Of a stretch of 64,000 nt of DNA, positions 1-17,517 are shown one piece after another. Origin of the DNA: Catajapyx aquilonaris (taxonomy: Eukaryota); NCBI GenBank assembly GCA_000934665.2, contig JYFJ02001225.1:1-64000 (forward strand), written 5' to 3'. Each line of letters starts with the position of its first letter. Positions within the stretch are counted from its first letter, which is position 1. The notes beneath the pieces are model-generated. The model had not been told where the DNA came from. It made no database searches and saw only the letters and a list, made by a program, of their open reading frames with translations. The position numbers and the translations under genes were made by a program.

Positions 1-1332
1 TCTATCACGAGTCTCATACAGAATATCTGATCTACACAACTCTTACCCGACATAAACCCACTCTGAATATTCAGTATTCTCTGACTTGTGACCCTCTATA
101 ATCGATTATATTATAGAGCGCCTTAATATGCAATTTTGTGTTCCTGTCTTATTAAGAGTATCATTAAGCGTATATTCAATAACAAAACCATTGTAACCTT
201 CATTTTACATTGTTGTGGCTCACGATAATGTTGCGCTGGGACGTCGAGTTGTTCCTGGGAACGTTTTTTTTTTTCTCCTGCCACCATCGCAATTGGCTTT
301 CTTATTTCCCCCCAAAAAAGGTGACTCTTGCTAACCTTACGCTGCTAATGAAATCATGTGCAGATGATGCAATTTGATGGAATTTCAAGGCCAGCGTAGT
401 AATGTAGGCCAGGTGACAGTGACATTCCGCAGTGATGTCCTTAACTTCAATTGAGCGCTACTTTGTTCAAAGCATGTCTTGAAACAATATTTAATGATTA
501 ATGTTAGTAGGTATCGGCCTGGTCAAATTTGTGACTTCATGTAATTCCACTGCTCTTGACCGTTGCTAATACAACATTTCGATTAAACTGATCATATGTT
601 TATCACGGTCTACTTGAGATGTACCATAATGCGTTTATGAGCCTCCCTACTCATTGCAAGACTTGACAATGATTACTTACTATTACGGCTCATAGTGTGA
701 CCAAAATAATTCACATGAATTTCTCCTGCATGTGATAAAGGAGTGAATGCGTACATCATCATCCTGATAAAAACTTGTGTGTTCTGTGAAAATCATGTGT
801 AAACACTCCATTTTGCAAACCCTTTCTGTTTACATGCGCACAAAGTGACCCCCCCTTCCGGAAATTCCCGCATCCTTTGAGTGATTAGATAACTGGGCCA
901 TCTTAGAGTAGCAAGGTATTTGAAATAGGGGGGGTCGGACATCACTGGCAAAGGGCCAAGGGAGACTTGCTATTATTTCTTGTCCGACACAACTCTTGTT
1001 AGAATTCCACATTGATTTAGGCTATTGATTTCTTTTCTCGCATGAACTGCTTGCCTTGGGAATGCCAAAAAAATAGCTGTCAGCTGGCTCTCGCATGTTT
1101 TGGACTTCCGAAAGTTTTCAAGGTTTTTTCCCCCCTGCCTTTTGTACGTAACGGAAGCCTGTGATGAGAAACACTGGCACCAGATTTGAATCAATGTGAT
1201 TAAAATCGTTGTGAACTCTGAGGCACTCGTACATACGTACATTCCTACAGATGGCTAATTAAATGATAACCTATTTGCCAGGTGTAATCTTCTGTGTTGA
1301 TAGTGACAGTAATTGCACATTTATACTTTCAG

Positions 1333-5130
<3,798 letters not shown>

Positions 5131-7878
5131 TTTTCTTCTCAATTGTTGCTGTTCCCAGAAAAAAAAGAAGGGAAGGACGGAATTCTCTCCAAGAGCGTGT
5201 CCCCCTCTCTCCTCTCCACACAACCAACCTTCCCTACCATGAAAAATGCTGTGTGCGTGAGTACAAGTGTGCGTGAGTGTTATATATAAAAAAAATAATA
5301 TTGTTATTCTTCCCGTGTGAGAGTGGGTTAGGTTTTCCTTTTAGGTCACATATCTCCACAAAAGTTGTTCCCCGTGGCAACCGAAGGTTGAAGGGAGAGG
5401 TTTTTATGAACCATGTTGATTTCCAGTTTCTACCCAATTTTTTTAGATAAATAAATAAATAATAATTGCTCCCTCCTCACAGGAGGGGGAGTAGCCATTT
5501 TTTGTTGTACAGTCAAAATAGCGACAAGATCTGTAGATAATTGCACGAGTTTTTTTTTTGTCTTTGTGTTAGTGTATTTTTTGTTAATCAAAGTGCGTAC
5601 TAGTGAGGTTTAACTGCATTATAACAATGTTTTTTACAACATTGGACCCATAGACTCATTGGTATGCATACTTATCAGGGATAAGTACATATTTTTAACA
5701 TATATTTTACAAAACGTACGATAATGGAAATGTTGCCATACCTTTAAAATAAAAAATAGTAAAAAAATTTGATCTGCCAGGCCTCAAAATTACACAACTG
5801 CCATTTGAGTTAAAGTATTAAAACTTGGGAAGAGTCGATTATTATTGTATTGTACCGCAAATAACTGTTTCTTGGTCGCTTCCTGGGAGATTATTAGAAA
5901 CCAGCTTTCAGTCACATGACACAAGTGCCAAAACTTAAAACATTGAGAATAATTATTCTGGGCTGAGGGGGGTTGATAGGGCAAAAAAAAATTTGCTCAA
6001 AACATCACAACTAGGAAATTTTTAAAAATACATAATAAAAATAAATAAAATAAAACCAGACTGACTTATATTTTGACAGACAAAATGGGATGGGGGTTGC
6101 CATGTGTGTGAAGGTTCTTTTAAAAAAATAATATATTAATGAAATCAATCAATCACAATATTAGTTTTCAATCTCCTAGTGAATAATGATGTAAGCATGC
6201 CAGTTATTTTTTTGAACCAAGTGCAATGAACTGACTTTCTTGGGACGGGGGAGGGGGGAAAATAATGAAAGCCGTGAAAGTTTAAAAAAAACAAAACAGC
6301 TTAAGTAAGGTATAAAAATTATAATACGACTGATTGATGACCCACATTGGGTCACATGATTGCCGATGATGCTTTCCCCTCCTTCCCCCGCTCGTCTTTT
6401 TATATATATTTAAAAAAATATATAAATATATAGATATATAATTTGACACCAGTGTAATCAATTTAAAAAAAAACAATGGGCAATAATGATAGGGCAGGAG
6501 AAAGGCAGGGAGAGAAATATTGAAACATAATTTTTGCAAGGAGTGTAAAAATGACGGAAATCTTAATAGCTGTAAAAATCCCCCTCCAAACCTCTTTCCC
6601 CCCCTTCTAAACAATGTTTCTTTTTATGTAATAGTTAGCACCCCAAGACTTATAGACAGTTTCGAAGAGAGTAATAAAAATGTACTACCATGAGGCCATA
6701 AACATGCTTTACAACGGAATTTTATTACATGTGCTTCTCATTCACAGTGACATACCGTACTGTAATAATGCACGTCATCAAAAATGTTCTTTCGATTATC
6801 CCGTAGCAAAGTCCTAGCATCTCTCTCTCTGGATAATCCAGCTCAGAGTATATGAATCAGTCATCCCTTGCACTGGCTGCACTTCAAGCGACGTATTTTC
6901 CAGCAGTAAACGGCCCTGGAAATTCGTGACATCACAAACCTGCCAAGAAAGCATTGGTTTGTTTTGTTGAGACATGCTGTAGTGAAGGGTCGTAAGATTT
7001 GTTTGTATACACATAGTGTTGCTTTATAAAGCTCTTCTGTGCACCTAGGCCACCTTTACATTGTCGACTGTCTGCGGTCGGCGTGGCTTCCCAGTCGGAC
7101 ACACAAATTATAGCATTAATACACATGTCAGCACATTGCAATTAAAAGGACGTTCCCTTTTTGTGCGCCAAGAAATATTCAACAGCATCACACATGTAAA
7201 CGAAAGCTCGCTTTTCCTAGAAGCATTCATGTCGAACCCCATTCTGTATTTTTGCCAAACACCAATGCAAAATGTTATTTACCACTCTTTACAGAATTCA
7301 GCTGCATGCAACACTGTCCCTGTTACTTCAGCAGGTGTTTTCTCTGCTTGCGATTCGCATGCAATCACTGAAGGTGTGGACATGACTACTCCCGTCTGCT
7401 GCGATTTTCAGGATTTCCAGTGACGTGAATGCATCTCAGCCCCATTGGATAATTCAAGATTATTTCAGGTAGAAATGAACCTTGATTTTTCCTCCTCTAA
7501 CTTTTAAAAAAAAATATTTTTCATTTTATTAGCAAATGAACCGACACAACACCTAAAAATCAAGCAATTGCACATGAATGTACATACATAAGACACTTGG
7601 CATATCTGGGTTAACAGCAGGTTGCTCAACAATGATAACCTGAGGGTGGCTAGCGAAACCCGCGATGGTGCAACCTGGACTAATAGAATTAGGCAAGAAG
7701 TCAAAACGTATTGTCATACTCGCAGCTCAACAAACTAGCCTTATATTTAGAACGTTATCATGATTTATTGTCCCAGTTTCACAGAACGATTTGGAAAATG
7801 TCCTGCTCAAAATTGAAATCCTTTTCAAAAGAGGCCCAGGTGGCCTAATTTTGGTCAGTACTGTTTCGTTCCTCATTT

Positions 7879-10447
7879 TCACTGGGGTACCACGGCATTG
7901 GCCCACTCATAGCATCGGTTCACTGCCGCCTTCCACATGTCATACCTCTGATTCCTCTCTGCAGGTAGGAGGAAAAGAAATTGTGCAAAGGAAAGTAGCA
8001 CGAGCTGATCCAATGCTGCATAATTACCAAAGTAAAAAAAAAAAGAAAGAAAGAAAAAGGGTCAGATGTGAAGAAGAAGAAAAAATGGGTACTCAACCTT
8101 TTTCCCCCATGGACGGAGTAAACACATCCGTGGGGATGGCCGAGAAGGTCTCCGTGTCGCACTGCCACACCTTCACCCCCTCCGCCAGGCCTGCAGTTAT
8201 AGCCGCACCCAACCCAGCACTTGACGATATCCTTGGCCGCACTGACAGGGAAGGAGGAAATTAAAAAAATCAACGGCAATTCCCCACAATAATTGCAGGG
8301 TGTTTCAGACATTTCAGTGGGAACACGCCTGATATGGAGGGCAAATTAAACTAATTGAACCCACGTCACACCCGGATGACTCACCAAGGTCCATCCCGAG
8401 GAGGTTTGCTTGTATTTGCATCAGCTGGTTGTTCTTGCTCAGAATTCCCTCTCCTACGAACGTGTGGATCGGTATCTTGGCATCCCTGTGCAGGGCCGTC
8501 ATAACGTCTCGGGTCTGGAAGCCGATCGATTCAAGAACCGCAAGCGACACATGAGCCTTCTCAGTGGACTGAGTCAGGCCGCAGAGGGTCCTGCCGAATG
8601 GGGAAAAAAGGAAAATCCAACACTCCAATTGCGACTTCATTACAATAATTTTCTCACCCTCGAGCCTCCTTATGCCAGTACGGGGATAGCAGCCCGTCGA
8701 AAGCGGGCACAAAGTAGACTCCCGTGGTGTCCGCCACCTCGCTTGCCCAACGCTGGATGTCCTTTGGGTCCTTCCCGATACCCATGTTTTCATTCAGCCA
8801 TTTCATGCACTCTCCAGCCATAGGCACGGATGCCTCCAGGGCGTAGTAGGCTGGAACCTTCTTACCGAGTTTGAACGCCACGGTTGAGAGGAACCCATTG
8901 TGAGAATGAACCAGCTGCATGGAAAGAAAGTGTTGGACAAAAACAGAGGCGGAAAAGAGCACTTTACCCGAACCTGCCATGCAAGTGCCTGCGCTTTACC
9001 TTTGTGCCCGTATTCAACAGCAAATAGCAGCTTTCGCCGTAGGAATTCTTGGCCATTCCCGCAGTCAGGCAGAGGTTACCAACTAGCGACGCCTGCTCGT
9101 CGCCCAAGCACTGGAAAAGCCAAAGGAATTCATAGATCACACCTGCTGCAACGACTCAAAAGTGTAAGAAAAAAAGAAGCTTGTGTACTCCAGATATGGG
9201 TACGCCGGTGAGGGTCAATCCACGTGCTACGTAGCCGTACACCTCAGACGAGCTGCGGATCTCCGGAAGTATGTACCGTGGAATTTCAAAGTACCTGCAT
9301 TTTGAGCGGAAAGTGAGTGAGGTGCCGAATTTTACGACCAGGATTTTGGGGCTCACCTCAGCAAAACTGGGTCGTAGTCCAGAGTGTGCAGGTTCATTAG
9401 CATGGTTCTAGATGCATTCGTCACATCAGTTACGTGCTTGCCTCCAGACGCTCCACCTGTCAAGTTCTGAGACAAAACAATAATAAGCAATAGGTTTCGA
9501 TGAGAAGGTGCGACCCACCCAAATGATCCATGTGTCTATGGTTCCGAAGAGACATGTTCTCTCCTTCACAGCTTCCAGGACTGTAGGAACGTTTAAGAAG
9601 AGCCAGTGCAGCTTAATGGCTGAGAAGTAGGAGCAGACTGGCAGGCCGCAGAGGGGCCTCAAGTAGTCCTGGCCGTACGAGGGCATCCTGGCAGACATCT
9701 CCTGAGCCAGTTCTTCCGCCCTGGAGTCCAAGGCGACTGGACAAAGAAACAACAAAGCCGTGTGGCAAGTATAAGCGTATAAGCTGCGTCAGTTAGAAAC
9801 CCGTACTGACCTATAGCGTTGTATAGCGGCTGTCCTGTTGTCTTGTCCCAGACGACAAAGGTATCCCTCTGGTTGGTGACCCCAATGGTCTGTACGTCGT
9901 ACGGATCCCCACGCAAAAGCTTCAGCTGTATGACTGCTGTGTCGATGCACGCGTATACTGCTTTCATGATCTGAAGTGGGTCCATCTCCATCCAGTTCTC
10001 CCTAGGCTTGATCACTTCCATCCTCATCCGATATGACGTCACTAACTGTGACGTACGAGCTGAGTATATCTGGAATTATTTTTGAGCAAGTACGGAACAA
10101 TTATTATCCGTTACAATATGCTTCTTGTTGTCGAGCACGCACCATGAAGAAAGTTGCGTTCATGTCATGATAAATGGTTCCTATCAATGGTCCGTATCTT
10201 CCTTCCCCCTTATTTAGGGTATATTCTACTGCTGGCGGGGTCATCATCAATCTTTGTATGATCTGCTTGGCATGAAAAAAAGGAGTAAAGTACTTGAACT
10301 TGCGAGATGTCAAGTAAAATCTCACCTCCTTCCACTTTGCTCGCGCCGAGTAAGGCTTCTGTCCGTCGTCGAAATGGAAACGAATCAATGTTAAACTAAC
10401 GTGTCAGCATATCAATAGAAATTAAAATTTACCTTGATAGGTGCCAT
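7879..10447 (-). CDS. Glycerol kinase-like (FGGY family) paralog with degenerate catalytic motifs, probable pseudokinase
   Basis: Approximate minus-strand exons: 10447-10433, 10358-10326, 10265-10143, 10069-9810, 9736-9520, 9466-9357, 9294-9191, 9110-9000, 8914-8658, 8591-8385, 8241-8098, 7958-7879 (TGA). Peptides include [41 protein letters not shown] and [13 protein letters not shown]. Core intron positions match the + strand glycerol kinase. The two small N-terminal exons are less certain. Confidence 0.85.
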
Positions 10448-10669
10448 GTCCTCTCGAGGTCATACAAGTTCTGCAATGGAAATGTCCTCAGTACTTATTA
10501 CCAACGTAAACTTACATGGGCCTTACCTCCGGAATTTCCAGCTTCCTGTTCAGTTTTTCAAAACAGACTATTGTACAGCTCGTTGCCCAGCATTTTACCA
10601 TTAGTAATATCAATTGTTGACTTTAACAAAGAACTGTTGACTCACTAGCAGGGAGCATATACTTATATT

Positions 10670-11179
10670 GGGCCGTATTCAGAGTCGTTTGCTAATGCAG
10701 CGCAAAAGTCCACACTAACTATAGTGCGACGCTAGGTCCACATTAGCTCCACACTAGTTGCTCCCATTCAGAGTCGCCTCACTGCCTGCTTAGAGCGGTG
10801 CACTAGGTTCGAACACTGCACTAGCGAGACGCGGTGTTGTCACGAATGCGACTTTTCTTAGTGAACTGGGTCACGTGGTTTAAAGCACTGCACTAACTTG
10901 TTGTTGTTGACTCTGAATATGGCCCGGGCCGTATTCAGAGTCGTTCGCTAATGCAGCGCAAAAGTCCACACTAACTAGTGCGACGCTAGGTCCGCATTAG
11001 CGCCACACTAGTTGCTCCCATTCAGAGTCGCCTCACTGCTTGCTTAGAGCGGTGCACTAGGTTCGAACACTGCACTAGCAAGACGCGGTGTTGCCACGAA
11101 TGCAACTTTTCTTAGTGAACTGGGTCACGTGGTTTAAAGCACTGCACTAACTTCTTGTTGTTGACTCTGAATATGGCCC
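10670..11179. mobile_element. Two head-to-tail copies of a ~255 bp PIF/Harbinger (Tourist)-like MITE
   Basis: Copies at 10670-10925 and 10926-11179 are near-identical. Each has terminal inverted repeats GGGCCGTATTCAGAGTC ... GACTCTGAATATGGCCC. A related copy lies at 45955-46319. Confidence 0.85.
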
Positions 11180-12719
11180 AATTATGTAGTATAATTATTA
11201 TGCTCCCTGTCAGTAGTATGTTGAAAAGATGATTAACCTAAAATGCTGTAATGCTGCTACAGCATTATTATGCTAAGCAGCACCTGGAATAATCTGAAAT
11301 TACAGAATGAAACAATTTGGTGGGATCTAGCGGACTCGATAAGATTAAACAGAACTTGAGGGGAATCGATTTATTAGGTAACATTATTACAACTTACAAA
11401 TCTGCCTTGAAACGACGTCCAATTTACATAGCAGTGGTTTTGAAAAATATATATCGCTTTAAACTCATGAACTTGATTGTACAGTTGCAGAATTGAGCAG
11501 GTTCTGCAACATCACTGGTGTGTCCGACAGTATTGCGGGTGCATCGAAGTGTTTCTAATACTCTGTAATGTAGAACGATGAGTCATATGGATTGCGTAGT
11601 GTAATACGTACTGCCTAGTAGTATATCGTTTTCCGCTGCATTAATTAGTCTCCCTAGAGAAATTACAAACTTATGCATCATTCTTGACCCATTTGACACA
11701 TTTACAAAAACATGTGTTAAAGCAGATTCTCAAAATGTTGTTAAAGATTAATGTCAAATGCAAGTTAGCCCGAGAACATTGTGATAAATGGCCGACTTAT
11801 CATCGGATTGTCGTATGTTGATCATGACATTTCCTTACTAACTAAGAAAAAGCTTGGCTTCAACATTTCACCGGTATGCCAAACTCGCAGGAGGTTTCCA
11901 TGCACCCTGCACTTTCTAACACGATTTATATAAAATCAATTATGGTATAAAATGTACAAGTCATAATTATTAAAATTGGTCCCATTTTCACATTTCAGTT
12001 TCTTTTTAAAATCAGTTCAAACGAATCTGTGCAACACATTTTCCTAGCATCGCGTAAGGCACTTGCACAATTATTTCCACACAAATGGAAGCTGTATGAT
12101 TATAAAATACTCTTAAAATACTAATATACTGTATTTGCACGAAAATAATGAGCCTACAAATTACATGATTAACACACTGTGGCTGGTTTATAACTATGCA
12201 AAACAGAAATAATGTCGTGTACGCCTCACCAGCCACAATTCATTTATAATTAACGCAAACGCCCACTATGGCCTCAACAGGCCGACAAGTAAAAATTACA
12301 CCAAACGCTTTTCGCATTCAATTGCATAGTAGCATATCCCATGGTCATAGCCCTAAAATGTACGAATATTTATTAACTTGCTAAACCTGCCTACTAGTAA
12401 CATTAAATTTAGCAGTCAAATTTACTCAACTAGTGGTTACGCATCTTCCAGAAGCATCATACAACAGTGATCAGTTGGATAAGCTGTATAAGTACAATCA
12501 TTACCCAGCAGCATTTAAAATCATGCACAGCGTACCGACTTGTCCACATGTTAGGAACCGTTGCAAAATTTCCAGGTCTGTTCTCTCTCTACATACATTT
12601 TTGTACAGCACTGCCTTTCCGAGCCATATAGTGAAGAGAGATTAAAATCATGAATGCATCGTCCTCATGCAATTAAAAAAAAAAAATCCATCATTGTGCT
12701 GCGATATTGCGCATACATT

Positions 12720-14339
12720 TCATGACTTGTTTGCGAGAGCTAAATTGAGTGACGCTGACAACTTATTTTTCAGCCTAAGCACAAATCCAGACCCTCCGAG
12801 CGGATTCTGAACACGAGGTGGCTCTGGCTCTGGTTCAGGCTCGGGATCAGAATCCAGGTCCAGATCCGGCTCCAACTTGATGAACTTGTGCGGAGCTGGC
12901 TTCTTCCTGCGCTTCAGCATCTTTGGCACTTCGCTGATCTTAACCCTACGTGGCATCAACGGGGCTTTCTGAGCCGCACTACTGGACAGCGCAGTCGACA
13001 TCACCGCTCTCGGTAAGCCCTTGTCGGTCAGCCCTTTTTTTAGTAAGGCGCGGTTGTTAAGGGCGGACACAATGACCGATCTGGGCGGCCCTGAGGCAGC
13101 TGGAAGCCCAATCAACGAGGGATCCTCTTCGGGAGCAGGGGGAGCATTAGGGTGAGTCCGCTCCACGTGCATGTCATGGTACGATTTACGCTGGAAGGCC
13201 TGGTTGCATATGTAGCAACGGAACTCCTTGTGCAGCTTCTGGTGCGACCAGAAGCTATTCTTGTCAAAGAACTCCTTACGGCATTCGGGACAATGGAGAG
13301 GCCTAAGTACGTAAATAGTTGGTTATTACGCATGGTATTACTTTGAGCTACACAGTACTCACTGTTTGTTTCGGTGGTACCGCCGGTGGTGCTTGAACAG
13401 CTCGATCTTGGTCTCAAACTGCAGGCATGTGCACTGCGGAAAGGGGCACCTGAAGTCCTTGGGCTGCTTGCATCGGCAGCCCTGCAGGTGAGTCCGCAGC
13501 TCTGCGGTCAAGGCGTGGACTTTCCCACAGCGATGACACGACACTGGACTATCGCTCGTGTGGCACTGCACGTGCGTGATGAACGCCGAGCGTGTGGTGT
13601 ACACGCACGGGCATGCGCTGCAGCGGAACTTCCCTTTCTGCGCGTTTCAAAGGGCGTTAAGTTACCTTCAGAATAGGAACGCTAGAAGTATACTGACCGA
13701 GCTGACTTTCCCGATGTGGATCCTGAACTCCATCTGCGTCCCGAACCCTTCCCAGCATCCGGGGCATCTGATGGGGCAAACGCAGACCTCGCCTATTCCC
13801 CCCTGCTTCCCCGGCACCGTCTGCTTCTTGGTGGGCTTGCCGCAGTTCTTGCAGCGATGCACCTCCCCATTCTGATGCTCCTCCGACACGTGGGCGTAGA
13901 ACTCCTTGGGGCCGTTGAACGACTTTGTGCAGGCGGTACACTGCAACGAGGATGTAATTAGTATGCCGCATGCAACCGCTTTAACGGAGCGTACCTTGTA
14001 GAGGCATTCGGGCGAGCCTTCCCTCGACCTGTCCTGGCCATCAGACCCCTCCCCGTCCCGCTCTTCTTCTCGTCGATCCCTGCTTTTCTTGGCAGGCGGC
14101 TCCGCTCCTCCCAGTGGGTCAGGCTCCTCCAGCTTGACCCCCTCCGCTTCCATCTTAACCTCCTCCTGGACTTCTGCTGCTGCCCCTTCTTCTTCTTCAT
14201 CCTCCGGCTCCACCTTCACCTCCCCTTCCACCTTCACACTGTACGCAGAGGTGCTGCAGCTGGGCCCCTCCTCCTCCTCTTCCCCCATCTCCTCATCATC
14301 CGGAGGCTCCACTTTGACCACCACCTGACCCTCCATCAT
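12720..14339 (-). CDS. C2H2 zinc-finger protein with acidic N-terminus
   Basis: Approximate exons 14339-13995, 13940-13698, 13637-13363 and 13303-12720. The N-terminus has VKVEP/VKLEEP acidic repeats. About seven CxxC...HxxxH-type fingers follow (CTAC..HVSEEH, CSAC..HVQCH, CPFPQC..HHRRYH, CPEC..HQKLH, CYIC..HVERTH). Confidence 0.85.
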
Positions 14340-14609
14340 CACCCTCTGGAAGTGAAGTGAACGCACACTTAATCACGTACACCTCACCAGCAAAGACTCT
14401 TAAATAATTAACTCACCAGAAATGGAAGACTTGAGAACTCTAGATCAGAATATGGAACAATAAAATAAAAAAGATGAAGAAATGGCAGCAGTGAGCACAA
14501 AAAAAAGATGCTAATGACATATCGGTACTATCGGGTAGCATAGCGGCTACGAGCTCAGTCACGGCTACAAGCAGTAGATATTAGTAGCCTACTTTAAAAA
14601 ATATATAAT

Positions 14610-15076
14610 ACGTACAGTAGCAGTAGTAGTAGATAGAAGCAGCAGCAGCAGCAGGAGTAGTATACTTAGTACTTAGAAGTAGTCGTAGTAGTAGCAGCAG
14701 TAGTACTTAGTAGTAGTAGTAGAAGAAGACATAGTAGTAGTAGAAGTAGACGTAGTAATATAGTAGTAGTGGTAGTAGTACCAACTTATTAGCTCTTGAT
14801 AGTACTTAGTAGTAGACGTAGTAGTAGTGGTAGTAGAAGTAGAAGTAGTAGTGGTGGTAGTAGAAGTAGACGTAGTAGTAGTGGTAGAAGTAGAAGTAGA
14901 CGTAGTAGTAGTGGTAGAAGTAGACGGTAGTAGTAGCCTATAAGCAGACTCTTAGTAGTAGTAGTAGTAGTCGCCTATAGCAGACTTTTAGTAGTAGTAG
15001 TAGTAGTAGTAGTAGCCTATAGCAGACTTTTAGTAGTAGTAGCTATAGCAGGACTTTTAGTAGTAGTAGTAGTAGT

Positions 15077-15121
<45 letters not shown>

Positions 15122-15165
15122 CAGCAGCAGCAGCAGCAATAGCAGCCTATAGCAGACTTTTAGTA
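14610..15165. repeat. Degenerate (TAG)n/(CAG)n microsatellite with an embedded GCCTATAGCAGACTTT subunit
   Basis: Long AGT/TAG runs interrupted by repeated tagcctatagcagacttt units, read directly. Confidence 0.9.
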
Positions 15166-15523
15166 GATTGCTGATGTGTAGTTTATCAGGTGTACTTGAA
15201 TTATAAATGAAAACAAGTCTTTCCCTATGCCTATTGTATTACAGGAAGGCTGGAGCACAGCAGTTTCAGAAGATCGACCATCATGCGTTTATCTTTGCGT
15301 GTAATTAATTATACATGGTGCACAAAATAAATGATATTTGAAACTTGCAATATGCTGTGACAAAATGCAATTAAATTTCTTATTACGTACATTTGATGTC
15401 TTCGCAATCTTCAGATTCGTATGTGCTCTGAGAATGAACAGGGAGCCAATAAAAAAAATCTCGTATCCAGAACCTGTGAGTACAAGTGGGGTAGATTTTA
15501 ATAACCTGCATTTGTAAAGGCGA

Positions 15524-15524
15524 A

Positions 15525-15559
<35 letters not shown>

Positions 15560-15590
15560 ACAAATAAACAAACAAACAAACAAATAAATA
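15524..15590. repeat. (AAAT)n/(AAAC)n microsatellite
   Basis: Tetranucleotide run read directly. Confidence 0.9.
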
Positions 15591-15690
15591 AGTAGCCATA
15601 AAAATCTTATAGCCAAAACCCGCCAGTTATTTTCCGTCCGATTTTCTGACGGAATGGGCAGTACATGTTTTTCAAGGGAGGAAAATACAA

Positions 15691-15770
15691 GTAGCCTGTG
15701 GGCGTGGGGCTAAGGCGTCTTCCTCCTGATCTTGAGGTTGCGGGTTCGAATCCCTCTGGAGACTGCCTCA
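15691..15770 (+). mobile_element. tRNA-derived SINE head (A/B box), not a functional tRNA
   Basis: A-box-like GTAGCCTGTGGGCGTGG and B box GGTTCGAATCC, with no complete cloverleaf. A second, more decayed head lies near 15900-15973. Confidence 0.55.
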
Positions 15771-16950
15771 TTTTTCCCGATTTCCGCTTTTATCTAGTAC
15801 ATATAAAGTCCTTTTTCCTTTCCTTTAACATATTATTGTAATGCATACTGCATCTGGTAAATAGGCTAGACCCTTCCAACACACACAATCTCGTTACACC
15901 AGAGCGTGGTTCTGAGGTAGCGCATCGGACTCTCGATCGATCATCGATGGGTCCTGGGATCTAATCCCGGGGCTTCTTCGGTTGTGGTCTGAGAAGAAAA
16001 GAAAAAAAATTTGCAGCCGTCATCTCTGGCCAAGATGGCGACTGTTCCTTCGCAGTTTCCCCAACACTTCTTCATCAGAAGGTGTCGGAGGATGAGCAGC
16101 GAAGAGGGGAGGGAGGGGTGGAGAGGGGGAGGAAAAGGAGGAGGGGAGAGATTTTTTTTTTGGAAATTTTTAAGACACCTGCTTAATGGGAGGGGGCGGT
16201 CACTTTTTTCGAAGAAAAAAGTAAAATAAAAAAGTAATCAATATGATCAAGTGGCTTCGCTTGTGTTGTCCATCCCGGCAGCCCCCACCCTACGCACCCC
16301 ATAGTCCCTACATTTATCTTATACCAGGGAGTTCCATTCTCAAACCTATCACCCCTCCAAATATTTAACCCTACAATTTAAACTATAGGTCCAATAAAAT
16401 CAGCAGCACATGCAAATGAATCGGCACACTTTTTAGGGCATTTCCAATGGTTTGTTGCAGCCTGACCTTTGACCTGAAAGGCCCTAATATTAGGTTTTTG
16501 GTCTGGGGCCGGGGAATACCGACTTCTCCATCTGTCGGATCTTTCGTAATGAGACTGTACATATTAGCATAGTACATAGATAGGCCTATACAGTATACTG
16601 TATATCTCTCGATGTGAAGCAGTATGCCCCTAGCCAAACGTAGTTGGCAGGTATCAGTATGAATGTGACGTAGGCGAGTGGTCATCGTCACCTCCTTGGG
16701 GTCATCAGGACGGTCATTCGGCATCACTGTTTGAATTAATAAAATAATAAATCCCCCACCCGCTGTCGGTGGAGATGCGCAGATCGTCGACGCGGTTTTA
16801 GATAGTCTATTTTCATGTAAGAAATAAAAAAATAATTTTATTTCTTCTTCCCCACCCCTCCCTCCAGTGCCCCTCTCATCTTCTTTGGTCATCTTATTGA
16901 CCCGGAAGATGAAGAGGTCGCGCCGTTCATGATGGCAACAAATATTTTGA

Positions 16951-17020
16951 CTCTCACTCGGGATTTGAACCCGGATATCTCGATTGAGAGTCGAGAGCGC
17001 TGCTCACACGGCCAGCTCGC
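16951..17020 (-). mobile_element. tRNA-derived SINE head
   Basis: The minus strand reads GCGAGCTGGCCGTGTGAGCAGCGCTCTCGACTCTCAATCGAG...CCGGGTTCAAATCCCG, with A box, anticodon-like arm and B box. Confidence 0.55.
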
Positions 17021-17384
17021 ACCATCCACTCTCACGTGTCAATCGGAGGTGTAGCATCCTATTTACCAACAATTTTTTTGGTGGTTTTAACTTCACTTCA
17101 AACAAATACCACAAAATAGCATCAGTTGCATAATATTTCCCTCTTCATTTTATTCTTCAACTTCACCTCATCATAAAACATGTTTATGTTACATTTTTAG
17201 GCTTAAGACTTTAGTAGTTATAAGTGTGTTTAAGTAGTACAATCAAGGTACAATATAATTTGGTAATTTATCATGAGGTGTACAAATAGTACATAGCAGA
17301 TGTGTGTACTTAGTTTTGCAGGTTTAGAAATGGCCATGTTCCGACATTAAATGCTATAATTTTGGCGGATTTTCATTAATATTA

Positions 17385-17505
17385 GCAGCTAGTGGCCACT
17401 AGTAGCAGCTAGTAGCGTTTTAGTAGCAGCTAGTAGCGTTTTAGTAGCAGCTAGTAGCGTTGTAGTAGCAGCTAGTAGCGTTGTAGTAGCAGGTACTAGT
17501 AGCAG
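17385..17505. repeat. ~21 bp minisatellite (TAGTAGCAGCTAGTAGCGTTK)
   Basis: About five tandem units read directly. Confidence 0.85.
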
Positions 17506-17517
17506 GTTCTGATTGGT

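Noticed and set aside
15691..17020. tRNA genes at 15691-15770, 15900-15973 and 16951-17020 (also 48150-48212)
   Set aside because: A and B boxes are present but the acceptor stems and cloverleaves do not close, so these are better explained as SINE heads.
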